Shown: positions 17,700 through 26,603 of the stretch, piece after piece
How positions within the stretch are numbered: the first letter of the stretch is position 1
How the letters are laid out: each line of letters begins with the position of its first letter
Assembly: GCA_043228905.1 (NCBI GenBank)
Contig: JBHGNT010000422.1
Coordinates: 1-26,603, forward strand
Length of the DNA: 26,603 bases
Source: Azolla caroliniana
Taxonomy: Eukaryota; Plantae; Polypodiophyta
Direction: 5' to 3'
The notes under the pieces: model-generated
Databases searched by the model: none
The model's input: only the letters and a program-made list of their open reading frames with translations
What the model was told of the DNA's origin: nothing
Position numbers and translations under genes: made by a program

Positions 17700-20575
17700 A
17701 TAAATCCTCTCAGCTAAAAACGCCAGCTCTTTCGTCTTTATCAGTATATTTTCAGAATGTAAGAGGTCTCCGTACAAAGTTGCAACTTCTTTTTGAAAAC
17801 GTCTCATTCTGTCAATATGACATTTTAATCTTCAATGAAACTTGGTTGACAGATGACATTGACAACGCTGAACTGCAGATGTTTGACTATAACATATACC
17901 GCAAGGATAGATCCTCAGCCACTAGTAGTTTTCTTAGAGGAGGAGGAGTTCTAATAGCAGTTCGCAAAACTATCTCTAGCAACATTTTACCTGCAACTGG
18001 GAACATTGAACAATTGTTTGTTGAAATTGAGTATAATAAAAATAAAATTATACTTGCTACAGCTTACTTTCCTCCTAGGTGCTCTTTTGAAAAACATGTG
18101 GAACTTGGAGAGAATTTGGAAAAGCTAATGGAAATACGTTCAGAGCATGGGCTGTTTGTCTTGGGGGATTTCAATCTTCCTAACAGTTTATGGACCAAGG
18201 AAACATTGGCCTCTGTAGCAACCCCGTTGATAGCCAGTACACAAAACGAGGCTGAATCCGTTCGGGTACTATCCCACATTTGCTCCTATCATAACTTATA
18301 TCAAGTAAACACTGTAAGCAATGTTAACAACAGCCTTTTGGATCTCGTGTTTTCTCAGAACAAAGAGGCCTTGATAGTCCACGCAGAAAGTGCGCTATTA
18401 CCAATGGATGCTTACCACCCACCACTTTCATTCTCCATTCAGTGTGAATCCTCACATCTAAATGACTCCGGATTGAAGAGTGATGGTTTTTATAGAGACT
18501 TTAGATCAATGGACATTAGTGCAGTGACTGACTTTTTATCCCAGTTTGAATGGGACACCTTATTTCAAAATAAATCCCTTAATGATATGATCAGTATATT
18601 TTATGACATAGTTTATTTAACAATTGATATTTTTGTTCCTTTAAAGAAATTTTCACTTAAAAGATTTCCTATTTGGTTCTCCCATGAGCTTAAAGATAGA
18701 ATTATAAAAAAAAAGAAAATACATAAAAAATATCTTAGGTCAGGACTTTACTCAGACTATAATGAATTTTCAGTACTAAGAGCAGAATGCAAATCTTTAA
18801 AAAGAGAATGTTATCATAATTATATAGCTTTAACTGAGTCATCACTTAGGGATAACGTTAGGGGTTTTTGGAAGTTTGTAAATGGTAGGAAGGGGAAAAG
18901 CGGTATACCAGCTGTCATGCACTTTGGTGACATAAGGTCTACTGCAGGAGATGATATTGTTAACCTGTTTGCGGAATATTTCTCAAAGATGTATAGTGAC
19001 AGGGACTATGCTGTGCAAGACACATTGGCTTCTGGAGATGCCAATCTTTCAAAATTTGAAATTTCCATTTCGTCAATCTATGAAAAGCTCTCTACTTTAG
19101 ATATAAACAAAGGACCTGGTCCTGACGGCCTCCCCCCACTTCTTCTTAAACTTTGTAGTTTCCTATTGTCTCGACCACTGCATATTATTTTTAACTTATC
19201 CCTGAAAACTGGCACTTTTCCGACGTTTTGGAAGTCTGGCTTTATTGCCCCCATCCTGAAGTCTGGAGATAGGTCTCAAGTCAGCAATTACAGACCTATA
19301 AGTATCTTGAGTTGTATTCCCAAAGTTTTTGAGAGTTTAGTCTGTGACTACCTGTCTGCAGATTTGGATGGCAGCTTTATTGACCAGCAGTTTGGATTTC
19401 TGCCCCATCGTTCCACTGAGCTGAACTTACTTACATTTACGGATTTTCTCTTGGAATCACTAGAAGAAGCTTCTCACGTACATGCCATATACACAGATTT
19501 CACGAAAGCTTTCGATAGAGTTAACCATAAAATTTTAATAAAAAAACTGAGAGACACAGGCATTAGGGGAAAGCTTTTAGAATGGTTGACATCTTATCTA
19601 ACGGACAGGGTTCAGATTGTACGCATTCTGAACTTTCAGTCCAGCGAAATAAAAATACCGTCTGGAGTCCCTCAGGGTTCCCACCTGGGTCCTCTACTCT
19701 TCAATATTTATGTAAATGATATTGCATCTTGTTTTCTGTTCACATCTTTTCTTTTATTTGCTGATGATCTGAAATTTTATATGAAAGTACAGGATCCTCA
19801 TGATTGCAACAGGATTCAATCTGATTTGGACCGTTTAGCTCGGTGGTGCGATCGAAATGGAATGGAGCTTAATATAAATAAGTGCCAAGTAATGATCTTT
19901 AGCCGAGGAAAAAATCCCTTAAATTATATTTATCATATTAAGGAATCCCCTTTATTATTGGCCTCTCAAATAAAGGATTTAGGAGTGCTGCTTGATAGCC
20001 ACTTGTCTTTCACAATTCATCTAGACTCAATTGTATCTAAATCGTTACAAATGTTAGGCTTTGTTAAACGGAATACAAAGGATTTCCTGAATATTCCCTC
20101 AATTAAATTGCTGTACTGTTCCTTAGTGAGGCCACACCTGGAATATTGTTCTTCCGTGTGGTCTCCCTCTTACAATGTACATATTCAGGCTATTGAAAAC
20201 GTTCAGCACAAGTTCTTAGGATACATTGCATTTAAGAAACAGAGAGGAGTTGATGACATAATTTATGCTGAACTCGAGAACTTACTGCAAATAACTACCC
20301 TTCAAGTTCGGCGTATGCACAGGGATCTTACGATGTTTTATAATTTGTTGCACTCTCATTCCCATGGCCCTGTACTCTCAAGTAAAATAGGACTACATAC
20401 TCCCTCTCGGCGAACTAGACTAAACCATTCTTTCCATGTAAAGCCCCATCGTACAAACTATGGCCAAAACTCTTTTTTGGCCAGATCAGCCAGACTAGCA
20501 AATAACTTTTCAGATCAAATAGATTTCTTTCAAGATTGCAAAACATTTAAAAAACAACTTATGGACTGCACATGA
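17636..20575 (+). CDS. Element B ORF2: AP endonuclease + reverse transcriptase, open throughout (start mode uncertain)
   Basis: 979-codon ORF: FQNVRGL, NETWL, LGDFN, LLDLV, KGPGPDGL, NYRPISIL, YTDFTKAFDRV, GVPQGSHLGPLLF, FADDLK, RPHLEYCSSVWSP. Confidence 0.96.
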   Translation: MECLILFSICEWSTQTGKKKLNKSSQLKTPALSSLSVYFQNVRGLRTKLQLLFENVSFCQYDILIFNETWLTDDIDNAELQMFDYNIYRKDRSSATSSFLRGGGVLIAVRKTISSNILPATGNIEQLFVEIEYNKNKIILATAYFPPRCSFEKHVELGENLEKLMEIRSEHGLFVLGDFNLPNSLWTKETLASVATPLIASTQNEAESVRVLSHICSYHNLYQVNTVSNVNNSLLDLVFSQNKEALIVHAESALLPMDAYHPPLSFSIQCESSHLNDSGLKSDGFYRDFRSMDISAVTDFLSQFEWDTLFQNKSLNDMISIFYDIVYLTIDIFVPLKKFSLKRFPIWFSHELKDRIIKKKKIHKKYLRSGLYSDYNEFSVLRAECKSLKRECYHNYIALTESSLRDNVRGFWKFVNGRKGKSGIPAVMHFGDIRSTAGDDIVNLFAEYFSKMYSDRDYAVQDTLASGDANLSKFEISISSIYEKLSTLDINKGPGPDGLPPLLLKLCSFLLSRPLHIIFNLSLKTGTFPTFWKSGFIAPILKSGDRSQVSNYRPISILSCIPKVFESLVCDYLSADLDGSFIDQQFGFLPHRSTELNLLTFTDFLLESLEEASHVHAIYTDFTKAFDRVNHKILIKKLRDTGIRGKLLEWLTSYLTDRVQIVRILNFQSSEIKIPSGVPQGSHLGPLLFNIYVNDIASCFLFTSFLLFADDLKFYMKVQDPHDCNRIQSDLDRLARWCDRNGMELNINKCQVMIFSRGKNPLNYIYHIKESPLLLASQIKDLGVLLDSHLSFTIHLDSIVSKSLQMLGFVKRNTKDFLNIPSIKLLYCSLVRPHLEYCSSVWSPSYNVHIQAIENVQHKFLGYIAFKKQRGVDDIIYAELENLLQITTLQVRRMHRDLTMFYNLLHSHSHGPVLSSKIGLHTPSRRTRLNHSFHVKPHRTNYGQNSFLARSARLANNFSDQIDFFQDCKTFKKQLMDCT

Positions 20576-20889
20576 AGGGCCAATGTTATCTGTTATCTGT
20601 GGGGCTATATCTCTCCCGTTGGTATTGGGTTGTTAATTGTTGAAATAGTTACTCCCGGTGATTTTGTAATTTTGTTGTTTTCATTTTAATTGTTAATTTT
20701 TTTCATTTTAATTATTAATTATTTTTACATAATTTATAAATTAGTTTGTTATGCATAGGTTTAGGTTTAATTTCTGTTGTTCTTCCTTGTTTTATTTGTA
20801 AATTCTTTATATTGGGCAATAGCCCGTTGATAAATAAATAAATAAATAAATAAATTATTTTGGAATTTTTTAGATATGCTATATCCTGC

Positions 20890-21275
20890 GTGGCAACTGT
20901 AACTGGATAGATAAAAGTAGCAAAAAAAGTAATTATTGGAAAAAGTGTAACTCAACGTACTTTGAAAATTGTTGCTCCTACCCCCTAATTTTGGGTATTA
21001 GAACACGAATCTGAAGTTTTTTTCGGCAACTTATCGTCTTTCCGGAAAATTGACTTTTCAAAAATTTAAGGTTTTTGGCATTTTTAGTATATTCCACACG
21101 ATATTTTAGCACAGAAAACATATATTTACCTTGTAATGATGGTTTTTTACTAATTTTTTAATTAAAAGTAAAGGTTTTTATTATATTTATTAATGTTACC
21201 GAAAATGTGAAATAATGGCGGGAGAGTTATTTTAAATAGAAACGACAAACTTGTCTGGTTCGGCATCGTTGCCAC
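20890..21275. repeat. Non-coding dispersed repeat (MITE-like), copy 1
   Basis: Aligns with 22176-22432 (TTGCTCCTACC, TAATGATGGTTTTT, AATTAAAAGTAAA, CGGCA.CGTTGCCA); bounded by inverted GTGGCAAC/GTTGCCAC. Confidence 0.7.
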
Positions 21276-21526
21276 TTATATTTTCATAAATATATTAACT
21301 AAGCTTAAACTAATTCAAGTTTTATTTTAACTTTATTTGGGATATTAAAATTATGCAATTATTTGAGTTTAAATATAACGAACAAGCCTCCGCAGCAAAA
21401 GCTTCATACTTCTTTTTATAAAAGAAGATAATTGTTAACCTAACCTAACTTAATTATTTCAACCTAACCTTAAATTTCTTAGCGATATTATTATTTTGTA
21501 TTGTTTATCGATTATTTTAATTAAGT

Positions 21527-21700
21527 ATGAGCAGAAATAAGGAGCTACTTTCAAAAATAGGCTTGCGTTTAGATGGTCGAAGACCAGATGAATTACGAAG
21601 AATCCGTTGTAAATTAGGAGTTTTCACTCAGCCTGATGGTAGTGCATACATAGAACAGGGGTTAACTAAAGTGTTAGCTGCGGTTTATGGTCCGCATCAA
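21527..21700 (+). CDS. EXOSC4: Rrp41 exon 1
   Basis: ATG at 21527, 58 codons, CAA|gtaggt donor. Confidence 0.94.
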
Positions 21701-24700
21701 GTAGGTTTGTTATCTTGATGAAAAAATAGCTTAATGTGTAAATATCTGATCTTTTATAGGTACGTAACAAGCAAAAAGCCCAACATGACAACTGTGTAAT
21801 TAACACCCAATTTAGCATGGCTGTTTTTTCAACGAATGAAAGGAAAAAACGCCCCAGGGGGGATAGAAAATCTACTGAGCTATCTATGAATTTACAGCAA
21901 GCACTGCTTGCTGTTATCAATACAGAACTCTATCCTTGGTCTCAAATTGATGTCTATGTGGAGGTTTGCATGCCGACGGAGGTAATTCCTAATTTTTAAC
22001 ATATTTATTTGGGTGGGCAGTATTTTGGTCAAATGGTTCTTTTAGAAGCAAAGATGGTATTTTTTATTTGTTACAAATATTCTAGGAAAGTATTGATCTT
22101 ATAATATTTATTTGGTGATATTTTCCCATGATTAATACAAAATATTAGAGTTAGGTTTACAATTTAAAGCTCAATAACTATAACTCAATGTCTTTTGAGA
22201 ATTTTTGCTCCTACCCTTTAATTGTGGCTCGTAGAACACAGTAATTTACCGCTTTCCTGTAAAATTTACTTTTCTAAACACATATTCATTTTATAATGAT
22301 GGTTTTTACTGATTTATTAATTAAAAGTAAAAGTTTTATCACACTTTTATCAATTTACCTGAAAATATGAAATAAAGGCGAGACAGTTATGTCAAACAGA
22401 AGCTCTGATCGGTTAAGCCGGCAGCGTTGCCAGTTGAATTTTTAAATGACATTAACCAAGCTCCGACAAAATGCACTTTTTTATTGTTCCAATTTATAGT
22501 AGGTCGGACATTGTAAACTTTTGATAATATATATGGCAAAAAGAAGGGGACCCAGGACTGAGCCCTAGGGTACCCCAACTTGATTTGTGATAATTTGACT
22601 TTAAGTGTGTCTCAAATATACAAAGTTGTTACGATTTTGCAAGTAGGTTTTAATTAATTCATAGGGTTACTCCACGAATACCCATTAAGTTTAGCTTGTT
22701 TAGCAGAAGCTTATGGTCAACCATATCAAATGGTTTTTTTAAATCGATATTAAATTATCAGTATATACTCTCTATCATTCAGTTTGGTATTTATAAAATT
22801 GATAAAATCAGTAGCAGCACTTAGGGTGCTGCTATTCTTTAAATAACCATATTGATATACATCAAAGCCAATATTCAAGAAACCAGAAATTGACCTAGCA
22901 ATCATTATATCGGGGAAGTTTGACTTAACTGTCTCTGACATCATGAAGTCGGCTCTCTGCGAGGTCCTAAACTGGTGTGTCAGTGAGAGCCTCTCTATTA
23001 ACCCTAACAAAACTGTCCTTGTACCTTTTACTAAAAGGAACCGCTTGGACCTTGGTCAAATCTCCTTACAAGGGATAGTAATTGAGTACTCAAATGAAGT
23101 CAAATATCTGGGCATTACGCTCGATAGAAGATTAAACTGGAGTGCTCAACTAAACAACACAATAAACAAGGCCACGAGGGTCTTTTGGGCCTGTAGGAAA
23201 CTATTTGAAGGACGTGGGGTCTTAGTCCAAAGATGATCTTCTGGCTGTACAATACAATTGTCAAACCGGCTGTCACTTACGCTGCCCTGGTGTGGTGGCC
23301 TAAAACCCAGCAGGATTCGGCAATTGCTAAGTGCAACAAGCCACAGCGGCTTGCTTGCCTCTCCATAACAGGAGCCATGCGGACTTGTCCAACAGCTGCT
23401 ATGGAGGCAGTGATTGGACTCACTCCCTTGCACATTTCCATATGGAAAACCAACTTATGACTGACATGCTCGTGACTGAAAGCGGCCACATGAACATACT
23501 ACAGCGCATCCCTGGCATTGGAATTTGTTTCGTAATGGATCACATGACCAGCTGTGCTTTGGTAGGAGATTCATACGAAGCATAATGGAATCTTTATAAA
23601 TAGCCAAAGGATAGAACAAGTTGATTAATACAACTACTTGGGTGTTAAGGTGGATGAATTTTACATTTTCTAAACATGCAGAAAAACTCGAACAAGTCCA
23701 AAGAAGAATAAAAAAAATTCCTCCAGAATTAAAAAACCTCCTTTATGAAGACAGATTAAGGCGGCTGAATCTAACAACCCTTCGCGACAGGCGGCTTCGT
23801 GGTGACCTCATTGAAAGTGGATATTATATGTGTAACTTGGACTTTGTTCATCTACCTCAAGCAGACAATTTGAGAGGCCACAACAAGAAACTAGCAAAAA
23901 GAACGATGCAACAAATTTTTAAGACGTAATTTCTTGACAAATAGGGTGGTATATAGGCTGACCGAGAACACGGTCAATTCTGCCAATACTAATCAATTCA
24001 AAAACAGGCTTGATTTAGAAATGAATACCTGGATCAACATCTTCATTCATTATTGAAACAAACTATGATCAAGATTTGTGTTTAAAAAAACAAAAAAAGA
24101 ACATTACCTGATTCTGTATTTATTTATGTATTTGAATGTAAATAGAGAAAGTGACACTGCTTGAAAACCAATTTAATAGTCTCATCGGGTTTTTTTTCCC
24201 CGCTCACTATTGACACAATTATAATAGTAATAAAGTTTATTGGCAAAGTAAACCACATTTGCCATTCCCACATTTGAATTACTGGTCATCAATATTGTCC
24301 TTACTAACTTTTGCAGAGAAAGGTATTCTGCAGAAAAAGCAAATCTTGTATTTTTATAATCACCTAGTGCTATATCCTTTTTAATTAAAGATTCTTTTCC
24401 ATTTAGGTATTTATCCTGCTTGCGTGAACGCAGCCACGTTAGCAATTATCGACGCCGGAATTCCAATAAAAGAATACGTTTGCGCGTGTACGGCAAGTTT
24501 AGCTAACAACGACGTCCCCATGTTGGACGTGTCGCACCAAGAAGAAATCACCGGAGGCCCGACTCTAACGATGGCTGCCCTACCCATGTCCGGGAAAATT
24601 GTTCTCATGGAAATGTCGCAAAGATTCCACGTGGATCATTTGCCCAAAGTTTTAAACAAAGCCTTGGACGGGTGTAAGGATATACGAAACATTTTAGATC

Positions 24701-24765
24701 AAGCGGTTAAAAGTCACGTAAGGGAAATCGGGAGCGCTACGGGATGGGCAAACAACACGAGTTAA
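21527..24765 (+). CDS. EXOSC4: Exosome complex component RRP41 (EXOSC4/Ski6), RNase PH fold; exons 21527-21700, 21760-21981, 24407-24765
   Basis: GLRLDGRRPDELR, DGSAYIEQGLTKVLAAVYGPH, RGDRKSTE, YPWSQIDVYVEVLHADGG, ACVNAATLAIIDAGIP; GT-AG introns of phase 0 and 1; one T missing near 21966; about 250 aa in total. Confidence 0.95.
21760..21981 (+). CDS. EXOSC4: Rrp41 exon 2
   Basis: ttttatag acceptor; VRNKQKAQHDNCVINTQFSMAVFST...; G|gtaatt donor. Confidence 0.92.
22176..22432. repeat. Non-coding dispersed repeat (MITE-like), copy 2, in Rrp41 intron 2
   Basis: Same orientation and motifs as 20940-21275, with internal deletions. Confidence 0.7.
22500..22885 (-). mobile_element. Degenerate CR1/L2-group RT fragment
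   Basis: QYGYLKNSSTLSA, DLKKPFDMVDHKLLLNKLNLMGIRG, G.P.GSVLGPLLF.IYI. Confidence 0.8.
22890..23590 (+). mobile_element. LOA/R1-group (Lian-like) LINE internal fragment, RT thumb and connection region
   Basis: NWC..LSINPNKTVLVPFTKR, KYLGITLDRRLNW, WLYNTIVKPAVTYAALVWW, QRLACLSITGAMRTCPTAAME..L.PLH. Confidence 0.85.
23640..24232 (+). mobile_element. 3' fragment of a CR1-clade LINE, same family as 6850-8045
   Basis: [46 protein letters not shown]; shared 3' UTR motif AAAGTGACACTG and terminal hairpin. Confidence 0.88.
24407..24765 (+). CDS. EXOSC4: Rrp41 exon 3
   Basis: ttttccatttag acceptor; (G)IYPACVNAATLAIIDAGIP...; stop TAA at 24763-24765. Confidence 0.94.
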
Positions 24766-24789
24766 AATAATAATATTATCTCTGTATTT

Positions 24790-26300
24790 TAAACCAATAT
24801 GGTATGTACATAATCGTCATAGGAATTATGCTAGATTAAGTCTACATTCATAAATTCTGTGTATGCCTCTATTTTCTTTAATATACTATATATTTTCTTT
24901 TTCAATATTTTACTTTCAGTGACAATTTCTACATTATGCGGCAGCTAATTATAGAATCTTAAACATTTATAATATACATTTTTTTTTCGTAATCATTAAT
25001 CTATGTACAGGGTAGTCATAAATTACACTTATCGTTTCATACTGATGAACACCTCTCTCATTTTCAAACAGTTCCATATATTTAAAGAGAAACAGTATAC
25101 ATTCTTGTATGAACATAGCTGTGACAGTAAGATCTTATTATCTCTGAATTTTCCCCTACAGAACTCCCTAGCACCTAAAGTGAGGATAGCTCGCATTGCT
25201 CTTTTTTGAATTATGAAAACCCTACTGATCTATGTTCTTGCACCAAAGAAAATAAAACGATAACGTACCAGAAATTCAAAGTTAGCCTAATATGTCACTT
25301 TAAGTGTATTAAAATTTACATAGTTTGATATTACTCTTAAACTATATGTTACTGATATTGATATGTGACCTTTCCATGAAAAAAAAAACACGTATCACAA
25401 CTCCAAGGAATTACGCTTTTTTGCTTACATATACCACAGTTTCCCCCAATGCAATTTCTGTTGGCGTTTCAACAAAATTTAATTTGTTTTAGCACAAGTA
25501 TCCCTTTTAGCAGCCAATTACCGACTGAGCTCAAAAGAGTATCTGCATTCAAGGTTATCTCAAGAATCTTCTTCGCAACTACTAGCAGTTTTGTATGGTG
25601 TGCATAATTTGACATAAAACTGTTGTTCACATTCAACGATTCCGTCGTATCAATATCATACAGGATGAAAATTACAGGGCCCATGATACCAACTTGGTAT
25701 TTTTGATGTCAGATCTAAACTCTTTACCCCCTTTTACCACTATCGCTCTCTGAGACAGATTTGATTCAAACCACATAAGTGATTTCCCTCTAATACCCAA
25801 CTTATGCATTTTATTTAAAAATATCTCATAGTTAACACAATCATATGCCTTGGACAGATCCAGGAAAAGTCCAAGCGCAATTTCATTGTGTTCAAATGCT
25901 TCTATTATTTGCGTAATAAACTGGAAAATGGCCGTTTGTGCTGACTTTATTATATAGTTTATCTTCCAACAAAAAACTGTTTACTCTATTACAGATACAT
26001 TATAATAACATTATTTTTTATGTTACAATCTTTAATTTGACTTACAATTGACCATACACACTTAGATTTATTATCAGAATTCCTCAGCTTCTCTTGATAT
26101 TTTGTTGTTTTAAACTGTGACAATAGTTTTTCAAAAATGTTCCTTTCTTCATTATATGCATTTTTATACTTATGATCTACTCTACTTAAGACTAAGAGGA
26201 CATCAAGCCTTTCCTTGCACACTGTAACCTCAGGATCATTTGCTCTTTCTTTTAGTATTTCTTTTCTCTTATTCTTTAAATTGAAATAAAACATGTCTGT
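24790..26300 (-). mobile_element. Old, internally deleted CR1/L2-group LINE ORF2 remnant
   Basis: DNKSKCVWSIV, LGLFLDLSKAYDCVN, KLGIRG, MGPVIFILY, KRAMRAI and a C-terminal FYN.LP-like segment near 24950; boundaries approximate. Confidence 0.8.
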
Positions 26301-26603
26301 TAGTAAATATTGCTTTATTTATGTAAATATTTTATAAACGTATGAAAACAGTTTTTTATATGTTTGTAATATTAAAACAAAAGTCATGTTCATACTTAAT
26401 ATCTACTTTTGAAAGACTATACAACGAGAGTAGAATAAATTACAAAAATATATAATACAAGTTTTTACTAAAAATAATAATAAAAAGATGTATATAATTA
26501 TAAAGTGGGCTTAATTTAATAAACTATTTCAAACACCCAACTGTCCTTTGTATTCAACACATTTTAAGTGTTTTTTAATATGGGAATTCATAACAATAAA
26601 ATG

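Larger units (their letters stand above)
16600..20854 (+). mobile_element. Full-length CR1-group LINE (element B), apparently young, between Raptor and Rrp41
   Basis: 5' UTR (start approximate), ORF1, uninterrupted ORF2, 3' UTR, terminal hairpin and a perfect (TAAA)6 tail at 20831-20854. Confidence 0.96.

Noticed and set aside
21436-21472. Insect telomeric (TTAGG/CCTAA) repeat
   Set aside because: Only 2-3 scattered AACCT units; more likely a promoter-proximal or low-complexity motif.
21506-21513. DRE element upstream of Rrp41
   Set aside because: TATCGATT is a 7/8 match only ~15 bp before the ATG, probably within the 5' UTR.

Overview
AT-rich eukaryotic DNA, almost certainly insect (beetle-like is an inference), with two spliced housekeeping genes head-to-head among many retroelements. 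On the minus strand are the first 13 coding exons of Raptor (ATG at 16060; the gene continues off the left edge). On the plus strand is a complete 3-exon exosome subunit Rrp41/EXOSC4 (21527-24765). Introns and intergenic DNA hold two full-length, related CR1-group LINEs (one disrupted in Raptor intron 3; one with an uninterrupted endonuclease+RT ORF2 between the two genes). They also hold truncated CR1/L2-group, RTE and LOA/R1-type fragments, a Penelope-like remnant absent from the ORF track with a hammerhead-like motif, a 183-bp tandem array and a small dispersed repeat pair. Raptor exons 5-12 carry about 13 single-base indels, all in short homopolymers, most likely consensus errors. The best candidate for new biology is the ORF1/ORF2 junction of both full-length LINEs: ORF2 has no usable AUG, lies in the -1 frame, and a slippery heptamer (A_AAA_AAC or G_GAA_AAC) sits just before the ORF1 stop, suggesting -1 ribosomal frameshifting. 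All translations and alignments were done by eye; no searches were run.
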